From Candidatus Melainabacteria bacterium 17Bon1m (GTDB lineage Bacteria > Cyanobacteriota > Vampirovibrionia > Obscuribacterales > Obscuribacteraceae): DNA of 64,000 nt. How positions within the stretch are numbered: position 1 is the stretch's first letter; each line of letters begins with the position of its first letter. The position numbers and the translations under genes were made by a program. The stretch lies in assembly GCA_032128875.1 (NCBI GenBank), contig JAVLKG010000007.1:256001-320000 (forward strand), in the 5' to 3' direction. Shown one piece after another: positions 48,436-58,034 of the stretch. The notes under the pieces are model-generated. The model ran no database searches. It was not told the origin of the DNA and saw only the letters and a list, made by a program, of their open reading frames with translations.

Positions 48436-49989
48436 CTACGCTTCTTTGGCGGCGTTTTCGCCCACCTTCTCCACCTTCTCGGCGACCTTCTCGGCGACGA
48501 TGACGCCGGTCGTGTCCGGGAATGGCACCGCCGCACCGAGCTTTCCGTCTGCATCTTCGAGCAGCCAGCAGTGCCCGTTGTAGCGGTTTTCCTCGATCCA
48601 CGGATTGAGGTAGCTGTCGCAGTGCACGACTTTGTAGCCGAGCGCGACCAGCTCTTTGTGCCATTCGTCGGTGGTCCAGACGCCGAACTCCTCGTTGACT
48701 TCCATCGCCCAGTTGGCGAGGTAGTCTTTCTTCGAGAGGAATTCGTTGGCTTCGTGCAGCGTCATGCGGAAGTGCGTGACGCCGTCGAAGACTCGCTCGT
48801 CGTAAGCGAAGCCGGGTTTCGCCGACTTGCCTTTGAACTCGCGGGCGAACTTGCGGAAGCGCTCCTCGAGTTCTGCGTCCTTGCAACGCAGCCAAACAAG
48901 GCGGTCGCCGTTTTCTGGTTTCACACCATCGCGAATGATGATGCGCCCACCCACCATCAGTTCCAACCAGGCGTTCTTCAACGCCAGCCGGATCTGGTCA
49001 CGGTCGTAGCCGTTGTACGAGTACACCTCGTGCATGACCGACGAGAAGATGATGGTCGACACCGTCCCTTCAGCGAAGCGCTTGTGGATGATGTTGCCCA
49101 TCACAACTGCGACGTTGTGGTTGGGATAATGCTGACCTTCCGAGCGGTGCAGCAGGTCACGCGACAGGTCCATGCCGACGATCTGCGCCTTCGGATAGAG
49201 GTTCGACAGATGAATCAGCAGGGTGCCAGTGCCGCAGCCTTTGTCGACGATGTAGCCGCCGACAATCCAGGGGCAAATGTCCTGAATCTTCACCGATAAG
49301 CTGGCGTCCATGCCCTCGCTGTAGACGGCGAAGTCACGACCGTGCGACAGTTCGCCGTCGTCGTTGAGCAGCACGTCGCTGAAGAGCGTAGCGATACGCT
49401 CTTCGACTTGGTGGCTTTCGAAGACCGCAGCAGTCTCTGCCGTTGCCAGCTTTCGCCAGTCGCCGCGAGTCGCCACTGCCTGAAGCAGGTCGATGGGCAG
49501 CTTGCCGGCGGTGCTGGGCACGATCGCCTTGTAACCCGCTTTGGCGAAGTGCTTGTTGACGTCCGCGTTGGACGAGACGAGCACCGTGTTGGCGGGCGTG
49601 AGGACGGTCGTTTCGTCCGACTCCGACTTCACGACGTCGCAGATGTGCGCCGTCCAAGCCAGTGAATCGGGGATATCCGCGGCAGCATGGATTTCGTACG
49701 GGCGCCCGAGCTTCTTCGCGAAGCCCTCAGCGATGAGCTTGCGCTCGTTGCTGTAGAGCGGGTGCCGCTTGGTGCCGCCTTGCCCGTCCGCCGTGATGAC
49801 GAAGACCAGCTTGCCGGGAACGTGCTTGAGGGCACGCTTGAGCGAGCGTTCCTGGTCTTTGGTGACGCCATGCCAGCGTCCCACGAGGAGCAGATACTCG
49901 GGCTTCACGCCGAGGGCTGCGGTTATCGCCGTGCCGAGAGCTCCCTTCGGAGCGGGTCGGGGCGATTTCTTTACATGAGTCGTGCGCAT
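48436..49989 (-). CDS. Nucleotidyltransferase-like domain fused to class I SAM methyltransferase
   Basis: N-terminal VGRWH..T and TKRHPL...ER (NadM-like layout); C-terminal VDKGCGTG, GMDLS, SSVMHE, GGRIIIRDG; CAGGAG SD. Confidence 0.8.
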   Translation of the reverse strand: MRTTHVKKSPRPAPKGALGTAITAALGVKPEYLLLVGRWHGVTKDQERSLKRALKHVPGKLVFVITADGQGGTKRHPLYSNERKLIAEGFAKKLGRPYEIHAAADIPDSLAWTAHICDVVKSESDETTVLTPANTVLVSSNADVNKHFAKAGYKAIVPSTAGKLPIDLLQAVATRGDWRKLATAETAAVFESHQVEERIATLFSDVLLNDDGELSHGRDFAVYSEGMDASLSVKIQDICPWIVGGYIVDKGCGTGTLLIHLSNLYPKAQIVGMDLSRDLLHRSEGQHYPNHNVAVVMGNIIHKRFAEGTVSTIIFSSVMHEVYSYNGYDRDQIRLALKNAWLELMVGGRIIIRDGVKPENGDRLVWLRCKDAELEERFRKFAREFKGKSAKPGFAYDERVFDGVTHFRMTLHEANEFLSKKDYLANWAMEVNEEFGVWTTDEWHKELVALGYKVVHCDSYLNPWIEENRYNGHCWLLEDADGKLGAAVPFPDTTGVIVAEKVAEKVEKVGENAAKEA

Positions 49990-50137
49990 AGTTTTTCTCC
50001 TGCAAAGGAATACGGCATTTTCGTGCCGAATTAGACACGACACCGATGGAGCAAATTCATCGCTGAACTTGCAACCATCGGGTCGTATCCGGTGGTCGTC
50101 CTGGCGGACCTGACGACCACCCGGTCGCAGGCTCGCC

Positions 50138-51448
50138 TTACTTGCGAATCGCCTTCTTGCCCTTCAGCGCGGCTTCCACCGTGCGTCGGGTCGGCTTCAC
50201 CATGTTGGCGATGACCGCGTCCGTGAACTTCACCGTGCCGACCTGGTTGCCGTTCTTCATGAACCGCGCCAGATCTCCGGTGGCAGTCTTCGAACGCAGC
50301 GTCTTCTCGATGGCGCGAGTGACGCACACGGCGGCCTCGTCCCAGTCGATGTACTCCAGCATCATGACGCCGGAGAGGGTGAGCGAGCAGGGGTTCGAGA
50401 TACCCTTGCCGGCGATGTCGGGCGCGGTGCCGTGCGTGGCTTCGAACATGGCGCTCTTGGCGCCGATGTTGGCGCCCGGAGCGATGCCCAGTCCGCCCAC
50501 TTGACCGGCTGCGTCGTCCGAGATGTAGTCGCCGTTGAGGTTCGTGGTCGCGATGACCGAGAACTGAGTCGGCTTGCAGAGCAGCTCGTAGAACGTGGCG
50601 TCGGCGATGCGGTGGTTGAGCAGGATCTTGCCTTCCGGCAGCTTGCCGCCATGCACCTTCCAGAGGTCGTCCTCCGACACCATGATGTCGCCGAACTCCT
50701 CAGCCGCAAGCTCCAGACCCCACTTCAGGAACGCGCCTTCGGTGTGCTTCTGGATGTTGCCCTTGTGTACGATGGTCACGACTTTGCGGCCATGGTCGAT
50801 GGCGAACTCGATTGCTGCACGCACGATGCGGCGCGAAGCATACTTCGAAATCGGCTTGATGCCGATGCCGGAGTCTTCGCGGATTTCGTGACCGTACTTG
50901 CGAGCAACGGCGATGATCTCTCGCGCGCCTTCGGAGCCGGCCTCGAACTCGATGCCCGCATACACGTCTTCCGTGTTCTCGCGGAAGATGACCACGTCCA
51001 GGTCCTGCGGGCGCTTCACCACGGACACGATGCCCTTGAAGTAGCGCACAGGACGGACGCAGCTGTACCAGTCGAAGTGCTGGCGCATGGTCACGTTCAG
51101 GCTGCGGATGCCGCCGCCGGTGGGTGTGCCGAGTGGTCCCTTCATGCCGATGCCGTAGTAGTCGAGCATCTCCAGGGTTTCGGCCGGCAGGGGGCTGCCG
51201 AACTTCGCCACTGCTGCGTCACCAGCGTAAGCCGGCAACCAGGTGATGCTTCGTTTGTCGCCATAGCATTTCGCCACGGCGGCGTTGATGATGCGACGAG
51301 TCGCTTCCGAGATTTCCGAGCCGATGCCATCGCCGTCGATGAACGGAATGATGGGGCGGGTCGGTTTCACGGCTTTGCCGTCCACGAGCTGGATGATTTC
51401 ACCAGCCGGGGCGGGCTCGCCGTAGAACTTTCTGACAGGTTTTGACAT
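50138..51448 (-). CDS. icd: Isocitrate dehydrogenase, homodimeric, NAD-type signature
   Basis: IPFIDGDGIG, TPTGGGIRSLNV, RENTEDVYAGIE, VHKGNI, NLNGDYISD, EATHGTAPDIAG. Confidence 0.95.
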   Translation of the reverse strand: MSKPVRKFYGEPAPAGEIIQLVDGKAVKPTRPIIPFIDGDGIGSEISEATRRIINAAVAKCYGDKRSITWLPAYAGDAAVAKFGSPLPAETLEMLDYYGIGMKGPLGTPTGGGIRSLNVTMRQHFDWYSCVRPVRYFKGIVSVVKRPQDLDVVIFRENTEDVYAGIEFEAGSEGAREIIAVARKYGHEIREDSGIGIKPISKYASRRIVRAAIEFAIDHGRKVVTIVHKGNIQKHTEGAFLKWGLELAAEEFGDIMVSEDDLWKVHGGKLPEGKILLNHRIADATFYELLCKPTQFSVIATTNLNGDYISDDAAGQVGGLGIAPGANIGAKSAMFEATHGTAPDIAGKGISNPCSLTLSGVMMLEYIDWDEAAVCVTRAIEKTLRSKTATGDLARFMKNGNQVGTVKFTDAVIANMVKPTRRTVEAALKGKKAIRK

Positions 51449-51851
51449 TTTTCGGACTCCTTTCGTCAGAGTTTTTCAACGAAGAACAGTTGGTCCGTTG
51501 TGACTCGCGTAAGGACGCGCGAGCTGAACAACGGACCGGACAGGCTTTCAGCTAATGGTCGATAGTCAACGCTCGGAGGAATACCCGAGAGAATTGCCGA
51601 AACGATGGTTGGGACTACGTTGTCGGTGTTTGTCTGACTAAAAGCTCCAAGAGTTGAAAGAAAAGAGATACAGCTATGACCCTAGTAGGTTTTAGGCAAT
51701 GTCAAGCAATGCTTATTGCCTAATAATTTACGCAAGCCCGCGCGAAACTTTGAAATCTTAGATTTCTGGGTTCACTTAGCTGCGATAGCTCTTTGAACTG
51801 GGCTAAGTTGAGCTGGTCTTAAGAGAGGTCTAGGGTGGGTATCATGTTGGC

Positions 51852-52190
51852 ATGTTGCCAGCCAATCGCGACCCTTCTGAAAACAATTCCGTCGGTTTTC
51901 CGCTTCCCGCTGAAACGCGTCGGCTATCTGTCTCCTTGCGAAATTTCAATGCTGTTGTGGTGGTAATTTTGCTGTCGGTGGCCGTTTGGTATTGCAACCA
52001 AATTCATATCTGGGAACTCGGAAAGGGCACTATTTGGGCATTTTTTTTGCATCGATACTGGGGCATAATCCCAATAGTTTTTGCGGTGTTGCCGGTAGCG
52101 GCATGGAGCGTGCCGATGCTCTATCTGCAAGACAAAGCGCAGAAGAAAAAACTGATCGTTGAATATCGCGATATTCCAAAACTTCGATAA
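51852..52190 (+). CDS. Small membrane protein, two TM helices
   Basis: Two hydrophobic segments. Confidence 0.45.
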   Translation: MLPANRDPSENNSVGFPLPAETRRLSVSLRNFNAVVVVILLSVAVWYCNQIHIWELGKGTIWAFFLHRYWGIIPIVFAVLPVAAWSVPMLYLQDKAQKKKLIVEYRDIPKLR

Positions 52191-52331
52191 ATCCAGTCAT
52201 AGGCGTGATCCACACCTAGACTAACCTCCCTTCAAAAGCATTTGATGTTTTTACCGAAAGGCTTCTGAAGGGTCCACCTAACGCAGTTGTGTAGAATGGA
52301 AATGAGAGCAACGATCGAAGGGTGACGATTC

Positions 52332-52676
52332 ATGTGGCGAACCTCCACACGAGTCCTACAAAGCACAGCCTGCCTTTTGGCTGTTTTGTGCTTCGTTTTC
52401 GTTCGCACAACGGTGCTCGCGCCGCACAATAGCGAGGGCGTGATCAAAGCCTGTGGGGAGATTTTGCACGTTTGCGTGTCCGGCTCTCCAGAGATTTTGC
52501 TGGACAGCAAGCCGCACAAAATTTCAAAAATCCACTCTCCGATTGGGACTCGAATTCACCATAAACCTGTCGATCAAATCGCAAACCGGTTTGAGCGATT
52601 TCAGCTGTTTTCGAGGGCGAACGTTCTCGAAAGCAAACAGCCGATCTGGCTGATAAATCAAGCTTTGTTGATTTAG
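52332..52676 (+). CDS. Small exported/leader-like protein
   Basis: Signal-like N-terminus, Cys/His residues, IWLINQALLI C-terminus. Confidence 0.5.
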   Translation: MWRTSTRVLQSTACLLAVLCFVFVRTTVLAPHNSEGVIKACGEILHVCVSGSPEILLDSKPHKISKIHSPIGTRIHHKPVDQIANRFERFQLFSRANVLESKQPIWLINQALLI

Positions 52677-52800
52677 TCACGGTATCAGGAACTGAAACTA
52701 AAGCTGGTGGCATCTTCTCTTTCGGGAGAAGAGAAAACCGTAGGTGGTAACTCATGGTGGCAAAAGAACGCCGGAGTTTAGGTGGACTTAGGAGTTTTTG

Positions 52801-54858
52801 ATGACGGAACTTGCTCTAATTGGTGATTTGGCTTTGATCTGGATCGTTGCGGCGGTCGCAGGTTATATCTGCGCGCGTCTGAAGATACCGCTGATCGCCG
52901 GTTATACAGGAGTGGGAATTCTTATTGGTCCACACGGTTTGAAGTGGATAGCCGAACCGGGTGATGTTCATGTTCTCGCTGAGATGGGCGTCGCATTGCT
53001 TCTTTTCGCGCTCGGGGTGGAAGTTTCACTGCGCCAGATTCTCAAATGTTCTATAAAAGTTGTCGGTACTGCGATCTTGCAAATTGGCTTCACTGTTCTC
53101 GCCGCCTGGTCTGTGGCACGCCTTTTCGGCTTTGCGACCACCCCTGCTGCCGGCATTCTCTTCGGATGGATTTGCGCTCTGTCCAGTACTGTTGTTGTAA
53201 CGAAAACCCTGATGGATCGCGGCGAAATCGACGCTATACATGGAAGGATGTTATTGCCTGTTCTTATTGTGCAAGACTTGAGTCTTGTTCCAGTAATAGC
53301 ACTGCTGCCTGCATTTCAAGGCGCCGGTGGAGACAATTTGTCGTCCGTGGTGTTAATTGCGTTGGCAAAAGCTGTTCTTCTGATAGGTGGTGTTCTCGTA
53401 GGTGCATACACTGTCGTGCCGGCGCTTTTGAAACCGATCGTCAAATCACAGCATCGTGAACTGTTCTTACTTACCATATTAGGTTTGTGTCTCGGTGTCG
53501 CAGTAACCAGTGACCGTGCTGGTTTGTCGCTTGCCCTGGGAGCTTTCCTTGCCGGGATTATGGTTAGTGAATCTCCGTATGGATCTCAGGCGCTCGTTGA
53601 TGTAATGCCTCTTCGAGACCTGTTTGCCGTCGTGTTCTTTGTATCGATCGGTATGTTGTTGAATCCCGTGTTTCTCGCCTCACATGTTGTCGAAGTGTTG
53701 GCATTCGTTGGATTGCTTTTGCTGATGAAGGTCATCATTGGCACCGCCAGCGCGTTTTTGTCTACTAGTAATTGGTGGAGCGCGCTTCTCTTCGGTGTGG
53801 GAATTGCTCAGATCGGAGAATTCTCCTTCGTGCTGGCGATGCTTGGCTATCAAGCAAAACTATTGGAAGAGTCGCTCTACAACCTCTTTTTCGCTGCTGC
53901 TGTTGTAACCCTGGTTCTGTCTCCGATTCTTATGAATGCTGTTCCAAAATTGCTGGGACGTTTTGCATCTGCCAAGGCGCGGCAAGAAGCTGGTGTCACG
54001 GGCGATGGCGTCGAAGAGCATGGATTGAACCTGTCCGGGCATGTAATTATTTGCGGCTTTGGCAGAACTGGACGCAATTTGGGCTTGGTCTTGAACGGAG
54101 TGAATATTCCCTATGCAGTTGTTGAATTGAACGCCAGCATATTGGAAGAACTCGACGCCGAAGATATTCCTCACGTATTTGGTGATTCGGTCAGTCACCT
54201 TGTGCTGCAACGTGCCGGTCTTCTCAGAGCAAAGGTTCTCATCATTACGGTTCCTGATCCACTTGCTGCACTCACTATCAGTAATATGGCTAGAGAAATG
54301 AATCCGGATGTGAAAATTATCGTGCGCGCTCACCGCTCCGAAGATATAAATGTCTTGCGTGCGGCTGGCGCAAATGCTGTGGTACAGCCAGAGTTTGAAG
54401 CGAGCATCGAGATTTCTCGTCTGACTCTTATGAGTTTGAACATGGGCGATCCAATTATCCAGAGAGCGCTGCAAGATGTTAGAACCCAGCGATATCGGCT
54501 GTTTCAGCCGGATGTGGCCGAAGCTTCATTGGCTCAGCTCATCGGGTTTGCGCATGATGAGTTTATTGGAACCTGGTTTGTCGTTTCCAAATCTCCAATT
54601 GTTGGGCAGAGTTTGCAACAGCTGGACATCCGCCGCCTGACGGGCGTAACTATCTCTGCTGCGCGCCGAGGCAACAATCTTGTCGTGCATCCTGATCCGA
54701 CTTTCGCATTGGCTGAGGGCGACGAATTGTACGTTGTTGGAACGCAAGACCAGCTCGTAGAATTCGAAGACACGTATCAGATAACGCGCTTCTGCCCGAC
54801 ATCCGAATATACAAGTGATGAGATCAGCCCATCTCGCCTGTTGCTGGAAGAAGCGTAA
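52801..54858 (+). CDS. CPA2 cation:proton antiporter with TrkA-N and TrkA-C (RCK) domains
   Basis: AEMGVALLLFALGVE, LSST, IVQDL, LGAFLAG, QIGEFSF, IICGFGRTG; AGGAG SD. Confidence 0.93.
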   Translation: MTELALIGDLALIWIVAAVAGYICARLKIPLIAGYTGVGILIGPHGLKWIAEPGDVHVLAEMGVALLLFALGVEVSLRQILKCSIKVVGTAILQIGFTVLAAWSVARLFGFATTPAAGILFGWICALSSTVVVTKTLMDRGEIDAIHGRMLLPVLIVQDLSLVPVIALLPAFQGAGGDNLSSVVLIALAKAVLLIGGVLVGAYTVVPALLKPIVKSQHRELFLLTILGLCLGVAVTSDRAGLSLALGAFLAGIMVSESPYGSQALVDVMPLRDLFAVVFFVSIGMLLNPVFLASHVVEVLAFVGLLLLMKVIIGTASAFLSTSNWWSALLFGVGIAQIGEFSFVLAMLGYQAKLLEESLYNLFFAAAVVTLVLSPILMNAVPKLLGRFASAKARQEAGVTGDGVEEHGLNLSGHVIICGFGRTGRNLGLVLNGVNIPYAVVELNASILEELDAEDIPHVFGDSVSHLVLQRAGLLRAKVLIITVPDPLAALTISNMAREMNPDVKIIVRAHRSEDINVLRAAGANAVVQPEFEASIEISRLTLMSLNMGDPIIQRALQDVRTQRYRLFQPDVAEASLAQLIGFAHDEFIGTWFVVSKSPIVGQSLQQLDIRRLTGVTISAARRGNNLVVHPDPTFALAEGDELYVVGTQDQLVEFEDTYQITRFCPTSEYTSDEISPSRLLLEEA

Positions 54859-54870
54859 AACCATTCTGTT

Positions 54871-54924
54871 GTAGGCGAGCCGCATGCGGCTCCCTGAGCA
54901 GGAAGGCACATGTGACTCCCCTAC
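54871..54924. repeat. Inverted pair of GTAG-type REP-like palindromes
   Basis: GTAGGCGAGCCGCATGCGGCTCCCTG followed by CAGGAAGGCACATGTGACTCCCCTAC. Confidence 0.7.
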
Positions 54925-54937
54925 TTTCGCTTATGAT

Positions 54938-56131
54938 TTAACCGCCGAGATACTGGCGGGCGCATTCTGCCAATAGTGCAGAACCCAGCGGCAGTGCGTT
55001 TTCGTCGATGTCGAATTGCGGGGTATGAATTGCACGCGGCGAATCTTCGATTTTGGTTCCGAGGAAGAAGAAGGCGCCGGGTACAACTTGCGACATGAAG
55101 CTGAAGTCTTCCGCGCCCATTTCGTAGTTGGATTCGATGACGTTTTCCTTGCCCAGAATGCGGGCTGCGACCGAGCGAACGACGTTGTTTATCTGCGGAT
55201 CATTGGTGACCGCCGGATTATCCTTCGTGCGCTTTATCTCGAAAGAACCCCCCATCGCCTCAACAACTGATAACGCTTTCTTGAGTTCTTCAAAAATCAA
55301 TTCGCCGATTTCGTTCTCGAAATAGCGTGAAGTGCCGATTAGTTGAACTTCTTCGGCGACAATGTTTGGTCGATAGGTAGTGCTCTTGATGCCGCCAAAC
55401 GTGAGAACAGCAGGCTCCAGCGCGGATTTCCTACGCGATATCACAGTCTGAATCGCTTGTACTGCCTGGGCTGCAAGGATAACAGCGTCGATGCCATATT
55501 GGGGATAAGCGCCGTGAGTGGGAATGCCTCGGATGCTGATTTCGAAGGTGTCGCAGGCAGCGAGCATGGCTCCGTCTTTGACTTTGATTTTGCCGACCGA
55601 TGTCTTGGGATCGCAATGCAATGCGAAAACAGCATCTACATCGTGCATGCAGCCCTGCTCGATCATCAATGTGGCGCCTGATTTGCCGTCGTCGTTGACC
55701 ATTTCCTCGGCGGGTTGGAAGAGGAAGCGGACCCGTCCGTTTTTGGGAGGGTCTTGAGCCAAAAGCATTGCTGCGCCGAGTGCGCAGGCTGTGTGAGCGT
55801 CGTGACCACATGCATGCATAACGCCGGTGTTCGATGAGCAATACTCTTTGGGGTTCTCTTCTGTTATGGGAAGCGCGTCCATGTCGGCTCTCAGCGCGAC
55901 TGTTCGTCCGGCGCTCGCATCGCCGATTTCGGCGACGACGCCTGTGCCGCCCACCCCGGGTCGCACATCGTAGCCTAGTTTGCGCATTCTATCTGCGACA
56001 AGTTTGCCCGTATTTGCTTCGTCGAAACTCAGCTCGGGATGCTTGTGGATGTGGCGGCGCAGTTCGACAATTTCGGACTTGAACTTCTCGACCTGTGAGA
56101 GGACGGGCGCTTGCTCGACTTTGCTTGACAT
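54938..56131 (-). CDS. M20D family amidohydrolase
   Basis: RRHIHKHPELS, LRADMDALP, MHACGHD, FQPAEE, GAEDFS. Confidence 0.95.
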   Translation of the reverse strand: MSSKVEQAPVLSQVEKFKSEIVELRRHIHKHPELSFDEANTGKLVADRMRKLGYDVRPGVGGTGVVAEIGDASAGRTVALRADMDALPITEENPKEYCSSNTGVMHACGHDAHTACALGAAMLLAQDPPKNGRVRFLFQPAEEMVNDDGKSGATLMIEQGCMHDVDAVFALHCDPKTSVGKIKVKDGAMLAACDTFEISIRGIPTHGAYPQYGIDAVILAAQAVQAIQTVISRRKSALEPAVLTFGGIKSTTYRPNIVAEEVQLIGTSRYFENEIGELIFEELKKALSVVEAMGGSFEIKRTKDNPAVTNDPQINNVVRSVAARILGKENVIESNYEMGAEDFSFMSQVVPGAFFFLGTKIEDSPRAIHTPQFDIDENALPLGSALLAECARQYLGG

Positions 56132-56307
56132 TGGCGTGTACAACCTTCTATCGAACGCGTTGACGCGTTCCTCAGGGACAAACCCGCAGATCATACACCG
56201 CGCGCTGGCAAAGGATACGTGGTTCTTGATAATGTGAATCAATAGGCGCACCCGGTGGTATAGGAATACTGGGGGCTATTCGCTTTGCGGCTGGGGGGAG
56301 ACTGGTT

Positions 56308-56922
56308 ATGGTTAAACGTGCTTTGTCGGGCGGATTGTTTGGTCTGGCGGCTTGTTTGTTAATCGCTGGCGCGGCTTTTGCGCAAGGAGCGCCCGGGAAC
56401 ACCGGCGGTGGTGGGGGCGACGACCTGAATGCTCGTATCCACAGGCAGTTTCAGCGCATCGAGCGGGGAGTGAGAATCGGAGCGATTAACGCTGATCAAG
56501 CAAACAAGCTCAAGGCCTCCGTTCAAAGTTTGCAGGGGCAGGTGGCCGCAAAACGGCAAGCGGACGGATCTTTGAAGAAAGAAGATCTCACGCTTTTGGA
56601 AAATTTGTTCAATCAAAACAGCAACATGATTCATTCGACGATTGGCGCCGGAGAGCACAAGGCTGACGGCTCAGCGGCTGTCGGACCAGCTTGGACACCC
56701 GGAAAGGATGGGGCGCAAAACTCGCAATCGTTGCTCAAGGAAATGAAGATTGAGAACCGCCGTGAGTTGCGTCAGGAGCGCCAGGCAATCGAGCAAAAGA
56801 TCGAGCAACAGCAGCTAGACTACGAGCATAAGATGATCCCTGAACTTGCCAATCAAAAGAAAGCAATCTTGAATGGCAAACAGCAGTTGAAGGACATCAG
56901 GAAAGAACAGAACGCCAATTAG
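56308..56922 (+). CDS. Secreted helical hypothetical protein
   Basis: Signal peptide ending AFA; coiled-coil tail; GGAG SD. Confidence 0.7.
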   Translation: MVKRALSGGLFGLAACLLIAGAAFAQGAPGNTGGGGGDDLNARIHRQFQRIERGVRIGAINADQANKLKASVQSLQGQVAAKRQADGSLKKEDLTLLENLFNQNSNMIHSTIGAGEHKADGSAAVGPAWTPGKDGAQNSQSLLKEMKIENRRELRQERQAIEQKIEQQQLDYEHKMIPELANQKKAILNGKQQLKDIRKEQNAN

Positions 56923-56955
56923 GAATTCAAAAAACTGCTTAGATAATTTCCGTGC

Positions 56956-57324
56956 CTACTTTTCTGCAGGCGCAGAAGATTCCTGCTCTGTAGGGCTTTT
57001 CTTCATCGTATCTTCTACTGAAGCATCTTCTTTTCCAGCATCTTCTTTTCCGGCTTCTTCTTTTGTCGGTTGTTCAGTGTCGATTGCGGCAGGTGTCTCA
57101 GTTTTTGGCTCGGTGCTCGAATCGGTCTTTTCTTCGGTCTTTGTTGCTGGTTGTGTGACTTTTGCCGGAGACGCTTCGTCCGAATGTTTCGTCTGATGGT
57201 CCTGCCAATACTGCCAAAGTGATACCATCAGCAGTGGCGTAAGAATGAGAGCCGAGACAAGTAAAATTTCAACCCACAGCGGGAAGCCGCGGGGGTGAAG
57301 CTCGGGTTGGTCGAATTTAGTCAT
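56956..57324 (-). CDS. Single-TM protein with acidic low-complexity tail
   Basis: N-terminal TM; KEEAG/KEDAG repeats. Confidence 0.6.
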   Translation of the reverse strand: MTKFDQPELHPRGFPLWVEILLVSALILTPLLMVSLWQYWQDHQTKHSDEASPAKVTQPATKTEEKTDSSTEPKTETPAAIDTEQPTKEEAGKEDAGKEDASVEDTMKKSPTEQESSAPAEK

Positions 57325-57722
57325 TTTCTTCTTTGGTGCAGGGCGCCTGGCGTAACCTCAAGTCTACATTCCTTTGCGTCATTCTGAGGAAAAGATCTCG
57401 AACTTTTGCGCGTATTAGCTGAATTTGAACTCTTACAATTGGTGGCTTTTTTGTGCAATACTAAAACGCATAGTATGTATGACGTAAACAATGAAAAAGG
57501 CTGAAGGGGGTCAATGGGACGAGATTTGCAGAAACGCTGGCACGAGAGAGAGTGGGGTTTTGATTCCGACTTTCTCTCGTGTTTGCGCACGTTGCTTATA
57601 CCGATTGGTGCAGACTCCAAGAACAAGCCGCGAAGAAGCACCAATTGCTTGATGATTCATTCGCAGCTTGGCTTGGGCGAGAAGTCAGAGTGCAGACGAC
57701 ATTACGTCAGACCAGAGCCGAA

Positions 57723-58034
57723 TTACTTGCGGTTCTTGTCGTCGGTGTCGTCGCCAGGCTGACCTGAATTTCTGTCGTCACGGTTGGTACCGTCACCGTT
57801 TTCCCCATCGCGATTGCGCGGGCGGTTGGCACGAGCAAGCGCACCAGCGAGCTCATAGAGCCCCCAGGTGCTGAAGATCATGACCACGAACGCCAGCTTG
57901 ATGCAGTCGACTGCATAAGCAACTGCATCGCCGCCGGTACCGATTGTCCAGAGGACACCGAGACCGAAAGCCGGACCCATGATGGAGATTGTGACGATAA
58001 GACCGTAGAAAAACGATTGCCAGAAGCGATTCAT
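57723..58034 (-). CDS. Small membrane protein with Asp/Gly-rich tail
   Basis: AAGGAG SD; two hydrophobic helices. Confidence 0.7.
   Translation of the reverse strand: MNRFWQSFFYGLIVTISIMGPAFGLGVLWTIGTGGDAVAYAVDCIKLAFVVMIFSTWGLYELAGALARANRPRNRDGENGDGTNRDDRNSGQPGDDTDDKNRK

Noticed and set aside
46443-51750. Integrated mobile element carrying the icd block
   Set aside because: No integrase, transposase, att-like direct repeats or tRNA target seen.
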